Shown one piece after another: positions 7,206-16,969 of a DNA stretch of 26,250 nucleotides (its first letter is position 1; every line of letters starts with the position of its first letter). The stretch spans positions 16,568-42,817 of the forward strand of contig CAYXQW010000001.1 in NCBI GenBank assembly GCA_964466695.1. The letters are read 5' to 3'. Source of the stretch: an uncultured Bdellovibrionales bacterium (GTDB lineage: Bacteria; Myxococcota; XYA12-FULL-58-9; JAFGEK01). The notes beneath the pieces were generated by a model. The model was not told the origin of the DNA, made no database searches, and was given only the letters and a program-made list of their open reading frames with translations. The position numbers and the translations under genes are program-made.

Positions 7206-7247
7206 ACTCGAGATCGCGTTAGCCTTTGCTCGAACTGGTGTTTGCCG

Positions 7248-8378
7248 ATGAAGCTCCTCTCTCGTTTCGCTCGTTTGTGCGCACGCCTCGGGGCTTTTTA
7301 CCGCCGGCCGGTGCGCGTGGTCGGGACGGTCGCCTTGCTCGCCATGCCGATGGCCTGCGCCTACTGCGTCGAGAACACGATTCACCCGAGCGCCCAAGAA
7401 AACACGGCTTTTTGCTCGCAATATTTGAGCGAGAACAAGCTCAACGAAGCCGAGGCGCGCGCCAAGCTCGCGCTCGAGTACTCTCCGAAGTACGCCGAGG
7501 CCTGGAACTGCCGCGGCCTCGTCGAGTACCACCGCGGGCACCTCGAGCTGGCGGTGGAGTACTTCAAGCGCGCCATCTCGTTCAAGCGCGACTTCGCCGA
7601 GGCCTACAACAACCTCGGCGCGATCTGGCTCAACGACCGTCGCGAGTACGTAAAAGCCGAGGAGCAGTTCCGCTCCGCCCTCGAGGTCGATCCGGGCTTC
7701 GTCAACAGCCGCGTCAACCTCGGCCTCGCGCTGCTCTACCAGCAGCGCTACGAGGAGGCCAAAGACCAATACATGCGCTGCCTCGAGCTGCAACCCGATG
7801 CCTGCGATTGCCGCATGGGCATGGGGTACGTGTCGCTCAACCAAAAAGACTGGTCCGATGCGCGCGCGCACTTCGAGCGCCTCGTGCAGATCTGCCCGGA
7901 CGACGCCGACGCGTATTATCACCTCGGCCTCGCCCAGTATCAGCTCAGCCGCTGTCAAGACGCCTACAACGCCTTCGTCTCCGCGCTGGTGCTCTCGCCA
8001 GGCCACCTCGAGGCCAAGAAGAACCTCATGGCGGCCACCGAGTGCATCGGTCGCCAAGACGCTGCGGTCGAGAGGCTGATGAGCAAGATCCGCGACAACC
8101 CCGGCGACGCCGAGCTCCACTTCAAGCTCGGTACGCTCTGGGACGAAAAACGCCAATACGACAACGCCAAGAGCGAGTACCTCAACGTGGCTCGCCTGCA
8201 ACCCAACTACAAAGTAGTCTACTATCGCCTCGCGAGGTTGTTCGATCGCTCCCTGCAAAAAGACGAGACCATCGCTTATTGCCAGAAGTTCGTAGATGTC
8301 TTGCGCGACGAGCCGTTGGCGGCGGAGAAGGAGTGGTGTATCTCGCGCGTTCGTGAGCTGCAGTACGGGCAGCCGTGA
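7248..8378 (+). CDS. Exported, Cys-rich TPR-repeat protein (PilF/PilW/Tgl-like, 376 aa)
   Basis: Basic then hydrophobic N-terminus ending near MACAYC. About 8 TPR units (AEAWNCRG, AEAYNNLG, NSRVNLG, ADAYYHLG, AELHFKLG, VVYYRLA) and about 12 Cys in the mature part. Confidence 0.85.
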   Translation: MKLLSRFARLCARLGAFYRRPVRVVGTVALLAMPMACAYCVENTIHPSAQENTAFCSQYLSENKLNEAEARAKLALEYSPKYAEAWNCRGLVEYHRGHLELAVEYFKRAISFKRDFAEAYNNLGAIWLNDRREYVKAEEQFRSALEVDPGFVNSRVNLGLALLYQQRYEEAKDQYMRCLELQPDACDCRMGMGYVSLNQKDWSDARAHFERLVQICPDDADAYYHLGLAQYQLSRCQDAYNAFVSALVLSPGHLEAKKNLMAATECIGRQDAAVERLMSKIRDNPGDAELHFKLGTLWDEKRQYDNAKSEYLNVARLQPNYKVVYYRLARLFDRSLQKDETIAYCQKFVDVLRDEPLAAEKEWCISRVRELQYGQP

Positions 8379-8392
8379 GGGCATGAGCGGAC

Positions 8393-9415
8393 GTGATTCG
8401 ACTTACCGCCTTAATCGAAGTCCAAGGTCAGGCACCGCGTGCGTTGACGCATGAGTCTAACACCTGCTCGCTCATCATAGGACGCGACGGCTCGGCCGAC
8501 TTCCAGATCCCGCTCTCGACGATCTCGCGCCAGCACGCGCGGATAAACCTCACCGATCAGGTCTACGTCATCGAGGACCTCGGCTCGACGCACGGCACCC
8601 AGGTCAACGGCAAGCGGGTCGAGAAGGGCGAGAAGAAGGTCCTGCGCGACAACGACCTCATCGAGCTCGCGCGCGCGCGCATCACGGCGCACATCGAAAC
8701 GCAGAAGGTGGCGGCCTCCGATCCGAGCGAGGCGACCCAGGCCATCGCCGCCAAGGCCGTCGAGGGCATCCTCGGGCGGCTCGGCGAGGCTCGCAGCGAA
8801 GGTCCCTACTTCCGCGTCTTGTGCGGGCCGAACGAGGGCGCTCGTTTTTCTTTGGGAGGCAATACGAGCGAGTGGGTGCTCGGGCGTTCGAAGGACTGCG
8901 AGTTCGTGCTGAACGACCCCAACGTCTCGCGTCGCCACGCGCAGGTGAAGAAAGACTGGAACGGCTACACCATAGGTGATCTCGGCTCGAAGAACGGCGT
9001 CATCATCAACGACAAGCAGATCCAGAAACCCCGCCGCCTGCGCGATAAAGACGAGGTGGTGATAGGCCCGATCCGGCTCGTCTTCATCGACCCGGACGCC
9101 GATCTGCTCGACGCCCTCAAAGATGTGCCCGGCTTCGCGATCGAAGATCCCGCGGCTGCCGACGACGACGAGGCGCTCGGCGCCCCCGAGGGCGAGGCGC
9201 CGAGCGAAGAAAATGCAGGCGAGGGCGAGCCTCCTTTGGTCGAGCCCCCTCCCGCGTCGCCTCCCGAGGTCGGAGAGGAGCCCGACTTGAGCGCCATCGA
9301 TCCGGAGCTTTTAAAACCTGTGGCGAGGAAGTTCCCGATCGAGCTTTTGGTGGTGGGGCTCGGGGTGCTGCTCCTCTTGGGCATAGGCGGCGCTATCGCG
9401 TTTTTTGTGCTCTAG
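8393..9415 (+). CDS. Tandem FHA-domain protein with acidic Pro-rich linker and C-terminal membrane anchor (340 aa)
   Basis: FHA1: IIGRD...ISRQHA...EDLGSTHGTQVNG. FHA2: LGRS...VSRRHA...DLGSKNGVIIN. The protein ends in the hydrophobic LLVVGLGVLLLLGIGGAIAFFVL. GTG start. Confidence 0.9.
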   Translation: MIRLTALIEVQGQAPRALTHESNTCSLIIGRDGSADFQIPLSTISRQHARINLTDQVYVIEDLGSTHGTQVNGKRVEKGEKKVLRDNDLIELARARITAHIETQKVAASDPSEATQAIAAKAVEGILGRLGEARSEGPYFRVLCGPNEGARFSLGGNTSEWVLGRSKDCEFVLNDPNVSRRHAQVKKDWNGYTIGDLGSKNGVIINDKQIQKPRRLRDKDEVVIGPIRLVFIDPDADLLDALKDVPGFAIEDPAAADDDEALGAPEGEAPSEENAGEGEPPLVEPPPASPPEVGEEPDLSAIDPELLKPVARKFPIELLVVGLGVLLLLGIGGAIAFFVL

Positions 9416-10358
9416 AAGCCTGCAGTAAAGCGGCGAGCTCTTGCGGGAGCTCCGCGTTGAATCGCAAGGGTTGCGCTGTGAGCGGGTGCGCGAACGCGAC
9501 GCTTTGCGCGTGCAAGAAAGGTCGCGTAAGACCGAGCCCGAGATCACGCACAGGGGGACCGTAGCGGGGATCGCCAACTATGGGATAGCCCGCCGCCAAG
9601 AGGTGGGCGCGGATCTGATGCCGGTGGCCCGTGCTTATCTCGATCTCGAGAAGAGTCGTAGCGGCATGACGCTCGAGCACGCGGTAGCGGGTGTGCGCCG
9701 GCTTGCCGTCCGCGCTCGGGAACACGCGCGGTTTCCCCGGGGGCGCGCTCGTGGCGGCTCTTACGAGCGGCGAGTCGATCTCGCCCGTGTCCTTCGATAC
9801 GCGCCCGGCGACGAGCGCCACGTAGCGCTTGTCGATGGCGCCGCGCTCGATTGCCAAGGTCAAGGCGCGTAACGCCGTGGCGTGTTTGCCCAGGATCAAG
9901 ACACCCGAGACATCTCGATCCAACCTCTGCACGAGCCCGGGCCTCTGGCCGGGAGGAGCATGGGCCGCGCCGAGATAAGAAACGACGCGATCGATCAACG
10001 AGTCTCGGTTATGGCCGCTGCCGGCATGCGCCGCGAGGCGCGCCGGCTTCGACACCACCAAGAGGTCGTTGTCTTCAAAGAGGATCTCGAGCTCGACGCG
10101 ACGCGCGGGGCTTGGCGAAGGCTCCATCGCGGGAGGCGACAGCCCGCGCGGCCAAGAGACCAGATCCCCCGCGCACAAGCGATAGCTCGGTTTGGCGCGA
10201 CGCTGGTTTACGCGAATGGACCCGCGCCGCAAGAGCTTCATGAGCGTGCCGAGAGGGACGTGGGGCAAAAGCTGCCTCACGTAGGAATCCAACCTCCGGC
10301 CTGCGTTGTGCGTGTCTATGGAGGCGCAGTCACACACGGACTGGCTCGGAGGTGTCAA
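9393..10358 (-). CDS. RluA-family 23S rRNA pseudouridine synthase with S4 domain (RluC/RluD-like; start uncertain)
   Basis: S4 domain GRRLDSY...LRRGSIRVN...YRLCAGD, then ILFED..LLVVSKP, QRLDRDVSG (catalytic Asp), KRYVALVAG, TG..HQIRAH, PIVGDPRYG and FLHA. Confidence 0.9.
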   Translation of the reverse strand: MTPPSQSVCDCASIDTHNAGRRLDSYVRQLLPHVPLGTLMKLLRRGSIRVNQRRAKPSYRLCAGDLVSWPRGLSPPAMEPSPSPARRVELEILFEDNDLLVVSKPARLAAHAGSGHNRDSLIDRVVSYLGAAHAPPGQRPGLVQRLDRDVSGVLILGKHATALRALTLAIERGAIDKRYVALVAGRVSKDTGEIDSPLVRAATSAPPGKPRVFPSADGKPAHTRYRVLERHAATTLLEIEISTGHRHQIRAHLLAAGYPIVGDPRYGPPVRDLGLGLTRPFLHAQSVAFAHPLTAQPLRFNAELPQELAALLQASRAQKTR

Positions 10359-10367
10359 AACCTGTTC

Positions 10368-11054
10368 TCAGCCCTTGATGGCGGGGCGGAGCACGACGTA
10401 GCCGTTCTTCGGGCCGGGCACCGAGCCCAAAAGCAGCACGACGTTGTCTTCCTCGATCACCTTGGCGAGCTGCAAGTTTTGCATCGTCACCTTCTCGGCG
10501 CCCTGGTGTCCGGGCATCCGGCGGCCCTTCATGACACGGCCCGGCCACTTGCGGCAGCCGATGGAGCCGCCATGGCGGAAGTACTCGTGCGCGCCGTGGC
10601 TCGCGTTGGAGCCGGCGAAGTGATGCCGCGCGAAGACGCCCTGGAAGCCGGCGCCCTTGCTGATGCCGGTGACGTCCACGTATTGGCCGGCCTGCAAGTC
10701 GAGCTCTTTGAGGGTGATGTCCTGGCCCACCTCGAAGCGCCCGGCGGTGGCTTCGTCCACCCGAAGCTCACGCACGAAGACGCGGGCCTTCTCTTTGCCG
10801 CCGACCTTCTTCAAGGTGCCTTCCTCGGGCTTGCTCACCTTGCGCTCGAGCTTCTTGTCGAACCCGAGGCGAAGCGCGGTGTAGCCGTCGGCGCGGCCGT
10901 TCTGACCTGCGACCTTGCTGCGCTTGTCGAGGACGAGGCAGGGGCCGACCTCCACCACGGTGACGCCGAGGGCGCGACCGTCCTCGGTGAAGATCTGCGT
11001 CATCCCGATCTTCTTCCCCAAAAGCCCCAATTTTCGCTCTTTGTGCATAGTCAT
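10368..11054 (-). CDS. rplC: 50S ribosomal protein L3 (228 aa)
   Basis: GLLGKKIGMTQIF, DGYTALRLG, VDVTGISKGAGFQGV, RHGGSIG..PGRV.KGRRMPGHQG, VTMQNL and GSVPGPKNG. SD AAGGAGAG lies before ATG 11054. Confidence 0.97.
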   Translation of the reverse strand: MTMHKERKLGLLGKKIGMTQIFTEDGRALGVTVVEVGPCLVLDKRSKVAGQNGRADGYTALRLGFDKKLERKVSKPEEGTLKKVGGKEKARVFVRELRVDEATAGRFEVGQDITLKELDLQAGQYVDVTGISKGAGFQGVFARHHFAGSNASHGAHEYFRHGGSIGCRKWPGRVMKGRRMPGHQGAEKVTMQNLQLAKVIEEDNVVLLLGSVPGPKNGYVVLRPAIKG

Positions 11055-11076
11055 GGTTGGTCTCTCCTTGTCGAGA

Positions 11077-11177
11077 AGGACGCGCGCGGGGGCGAAAACC
11101 CCGTGGTTGGTCCTCGCGCTCCGTAAGTGGGAGCGCAAATGGTCCCGCCTGTTATGGTCCGGCGCTCCGATTGTCAA
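11077..11177 (-). promoter_or_regulatory. rplC promoter and structured 5' leader
   Basis: TTGACA (11177-11172)-N17-TAACAG (11154-11149). Hairpin GCGCTCC-N7-GGAGCGC at 11116-11136. Nested stem AGGAC..CGGGG-N7-CCCCG..GTCCT at 11077-11114, upstream of the SD. Confidence 0.55.
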
Positions 11178-11233
11178 GCAGCCGGTGCGAGCGCACATTC
11201 ACTTAACCGTCGCAGTATGCTAAAACCATAGGG

Positions 11234-13150
11234 ATGATACAGATAAAGAAGCAGGATTATATTGCTAGCCGAGCAGATCTAAACAACGACGGTCGTATCA
11301 GCGGCGAGGTCGAGCTGGCCGAGGCCAATATCGCCGAAGGGGAGCTCGAGACTCTCGATGTCGACGGCGACAATGTCTTGAGCGATCGAGATCTCGTCGC
11401 CTCCGATGGTCTATTGAGCTCTCATTTCGAGCGCCTGCGTCCCGATAGCTTCGACCGCGCCTTGGCTCGCCTCGCCCCCGCCGCCGAGCAGGCGCGAAAG
11501 CAAGGAAAGACCGACCTGCAACAGGGCCTGCTCGCTTATCGGCAACGACTAGAGTCTCGTCGTGACTTGTGGGCTATCAAGCAAGCGACAGAGCTTCGTG
11601 ATGAACACAGCTCCTGGACAGGCCTGGACGAGGAGGCTTTTGCCGCAAAGCTGCAGAAGCTCATTCGTACGGAGCCGCTGGCGGCGGCTGCCATCATCGA
11701 GGTCATGGCCCGCGGCGAGGTCGTAAGCGCCGGCGATCGGCGGGAGATCTTCGCCCATATCTTGGGCGCCAAGCCGGCTGCGCTGGATCTGCTCGCTCTC
11801 GGCGCGGGGCTGACACCGCTTCTGCTAGATGGTTGCGCGCGATTTTCGGGGTTGGACACGAGCGCGCTCGCCGGCTGGCTCGCGAGCCTTGCCCAACAAT
11901 GCCCGGATCGGCGCTTGTCTGAGGTCGGCAAAGTAATCGAGGCCACGCTCGATCGAGTAACTTTTCTCGCGCGCGTCGAGGTCGCCAAAAACCTCGGAGC
12001 GCAGCTCGGCCAGCGGCTCGAGCTTCTGCCGCTGTCTACCTATCGCAACATCCACGCCGCCGCCCCCGTGGATCTGGTCGCCTTTGATCCCACCTTGCCC
12101 GATGCGACCTTCGACGCGGTCGCCAAGGCCGTCGGGATGACGACCGAGCCATGTATCGTGGCCGTTCTCGATACCGGCTTCGTGATCGATGATCCGGCGA
12201 TCGCCAACTCGTTATGGGCCAACCCCGGGGAAAAGGAGAACGGCCTCGACGATGATGGCGACGGCCGCGTCGATGACTACCATGGCTATAACTTCGTCGA
12301 GGACAAGAGCGAGTTCACGCCACCTCAATCCTGGGGTCGAACACCCCCGGCCAGCAAGGTGCATGCCAATGGCATGATGCGCTTGATTCAAAGCGGAGCG
12401 ACGAATGTCGAGACCATGGCTTTGCAGGTCGTCGGGGCCGATCCCGGGCGTTTTGGCGATGTCCTGGAGGATGCGATCGAGTACGCGATCTCGCATGGCG
12501 CCAAGGTCATCAACATGAGCTTCGGGAATAGCGCTGATGGTGTGGAGCGCACCCAAAGGCTCATTCGAGCTCATCCAGACATCGTCTTCGTCAAGAGTGC
12601 CGGCAACCAAGCCGCGCTCGTCGGTGGGCCAAAACTCGAGGCGTCGGCCAAAGATCTCACCGCCGACCCTCGGAGCCACCTCAACCATGATGTTACTTTG
12701 GGGGCACCGGGCCCCAACGACCTGGCTGCGTTCAGCGCGCCGAACCTGGTGGTTGTGGCTGCGGGCGTCGAGAGCGGCGCCAAGCTCCCAGCATCGAGCT
12801 ACTCCCCGACGAAGGTCGCCTTCGCGGCGAGCGGTATCCTGGGCTCTTATGAAGGGACCTCGCACGCCGCGGCCAACACCAGCAACACCGTCGCCAAGAT
12901 CCTCGTGATTTGCCCCTCCTTGAAGCCCGCGGAGGTCCAGCGAGTTATCGCCGCGACTGCCGATATCAGCCCCGCGAGTCCTTGGCGCGAGTGGGTTCGG
13001 GAGGGGGTGGTCAACCGCGCACGGGCTCTGCGACTCGCCGGGCTGATCGCGCTTACGCGGGGAGGAAAAACGCCCGCCGAAGCGGCTGATCGCTTGTCGT
13101 TGCGCGGCGCTGAACGCCAATGGTTGCTGGGCAAGCTCAGCGAGTTTTGA
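11234..13150 (+). CDS. S8 (subtilisin-like) peptidase with N-terminal EF-hand-like loops and helical region, no signal peptide (638 aa)
   Basis: VAVLDTG (Asp), LWANPGE..NGLDDDGDGRVDDYHGYNF Ca loop, VHANGM (His), GAKVINMSFG, KSAGN (oxyanion Asn) and GTSHAAA (Ser). N-terminal loops DLNNDGRISGEVE and DVDGDNVLSDRD. Confidence 0.85.
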   Translation: MIQIKKQDYIASRADLNNDGRISGEVELAEANIAEGELETLDVDGDNVLSDRDLVASDGLLSSHFERLRPDSFDRALARLAPAAEQARKQGKTDLQQGLLAYRQRLESRRDLWAIKQATELRDEHSSWTGLDEEAFAAKLQKLIRTEPLAAAAIIEVMARGEVVSAGDRREIFAHILGAKPAALDLLALGAGLTPLLLDGCARFSGLDTSALAGWLASLAQQCPDRRLSEVGKVIEATLDRVTFLARVEVAKNLGAQLGQRLELLPLSTYRNIHAAAPVDLVAFDPTLPDATFDAVAKAVGMTTEPCIVAVLDTGFVIDDPAIANSLWANPGEKENGLDDDGDGRVDDYHGYNFVEDKSEFTPPQSWGRTPPASKVHANGMMRLIQSGATNVETMALQVVGADPGRFGDVLEDAIEYAISHGAKVINMSFGNSADGVERTQRLIRAHPDIVFVKSAGNQAALVGGPKLEASAKDLTADPRSHLNHDVTLGAPGPNDLAAFSAPNLVVVAAGVESGAKLPASSYSPTKVAFAASGILGSYEGTSHAAANTSNTVAKILVICPSLKPAEVQRVIAATADISPASPWREWVREGVVNRARALRLAGLIALTRGGKTPAEAADRLSLRGAERQWLLGKLSEF

Positions 13151-13188
13151 CGGGCTTTGAGCTCCCGTGAGATTGCCTGGTCGCGCGC

Positions 13189-13217
13189 TTTGCATCGTAG
13201 GTCGCGTGAGCTATAAG
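13189..13217 (+). promoter_or_regulatory. Candidate gyrA promoter, probably leaderless or nearly so
   Basis: TTTGCA/TTGCAT (13189-13195)-N16/17-TATAAG (13212-13217). The ATG follows after an 8-nt gap and has no SD. Confidence 0.5.
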
Positions 13218-13225
13218 CCGCGCCC

Positions 13226-15823
<2,598 letters not shown>

Positions 15824-15824
15824 G

Positions 15825-16916
15825 ATGAAGCCCTCGGCGCTCACCAAGCTCGCCTTGTCGCTGTGCCTCATAATGAGCGCAGGGTGCAGCGCCGATATCC
15901 AAGGTGGCATCGAGAGCGCCAACGATCTCCTGTACGAGAAGAAGTACGTCGAGGCCGAGCGGCTGTACTTCAAGCTCCTCAAGCGCCTGGGCGAAGATGG
16001 AGAGCTCGGCGAGAAGGCGAGCGCGCAGAGGCTCGTCGTGCTCGACCGGCTCGGCAAGATCAACGCCTTGTACTTGAAGGACTACGAGAAGGCGCTGCGC
16101 ATCTACGAACGGCTCGTGAGTCTCTATCCGAAGACCGAGCAGGCGTTCGCCGCGCACGCGATGGTGGCGGACATTCACCACCACAAGCTCGGCAACCTCG
16201 ACGCCGCCATCAGCGAGTATCAGAAGATCGTCGCCGACTTCCCCGACAAGGACGAGACCCGCTGGGCGAAGCTACAGATCGTGAGCGCGTTCTTTCAGGG
16301 GCGCGACTACGAGCAGGCCCGCACCGAGGCCGCGGCGCTGATAAAGCGTTGGCCCACCTCCGCCGAGGCGGCGCAAGCGCGCTTTCAAGTCGCCAACTCT
16401 TTCTATGTGCAAGGACGTTACGCCGAGGCGGTGGCGACCTACGAGGTACTGCTCGAGGGCGATCCCGATCCCTCCTTGGCGTCGCTCGTGCTCTTCGAGC
16501 TCGGCAACTGCTTTCAGGAGCTCGGCGACTTCGATCGCGCGCTCGCTTATTACTATGCCTGTCTCGCCGAGCACCAAAATCCGATGCTGGTGCAGCGCAA
16601 GATCCGCCGCGTGCGCACGAGGATGAACTACGTGCGCCCGCGCGAGGAGATAACCCTCCCGGCCTATGTCACGCGGCGCCTCGACAACGCTCGCGTCCTC
16701 GAGGAGGAGGCCAAAGAGGAGCCGAGGAAGAAGTCCTCGCGTGGTCGCGCCCCCGAATCCGACATCTACGGCGAGTCGCGCTTCGACGAGGAGGAGGACC
16801 TGGATCCGGTCGAGCCCGCGCCGCCAGCGCCGGCCCCGGACAGCGCGGCGCTCGACGTCGAGGCGCCTCAGGCGCCCGAGCTGGCGCCGCCAGATACCCC
16901 CGTAACTTCCGACTGA
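15825..16916 (+). CDS. TPR-repeat putative lipoprotein (BamD/CpoB-like repeats) with disordered acidic/Pro-rich tail (363 aa)
   Basis: Lipobox-like signal MKPSALTKLALSLCLIMSAG-C. Repeats of the type Y..LV..YP.T..A, YQKIVADFPD, LIKRWPTSAEAAQARFQVA and VLFELGNCF. Starts 1 nt after the gyrA stop. Confidence 0.8.
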   Translation: MKPSALTKLALSLCLIMSAGCSADIQGGIESANDLLYEKKYVEAERLYFKLLKRLGEDGELGEKASAQRLVVLDRLGKINALYLKDYEKALRIYERLVSLYPKTEQAFAAHAMVADIHHHKLGNLDAAISEYQKIVADFPDKDETRWAKLQIVSAFFQGRDYEQARTEAAALIKRWPTSAEAAQARFQVANSFYVQGRYAEAVATYEVLLEGDPDPSLASLVLFELGNCFQELGDFDRALAYYYACLAEHQNPMLVQRKIRRVRTRMNYVRPREEITLPAYVTRRLDNARVLEEEAKEEPRKKSSRGRAPESDIYGESRFDEEEDLDPVEPAPPAPAPDSAALDVEAPQAPELAPPDTPVTSD

Positions 16917-16969
16917 AGAGCTTTATCCTTATTTTTGTCCCCCAAAACGCAGCGAGCATAACAGCAACC

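Noticed and set aside
7056..8384. First 443 codons of the 541-aa minus ORF 6759..8384
   Set aside because: Mostly antisense to the TPR gene. Only the last 98 codons have an SD, a promoter and plausible composition.
9882..11126. 414-aa plus-strand ORF
   Set aside because: Antisense shadow of rplC and the pseudouridine synthase.
15863..16969. Apparent 369-aa N-terminal extension making a 981-aa TypA fusion
   Set aside because: Arg-rich off-frame read of the TPR lipoprotein gene. TypA homology starts at MKYRNDIR (16970), which has its own promoter candidate.
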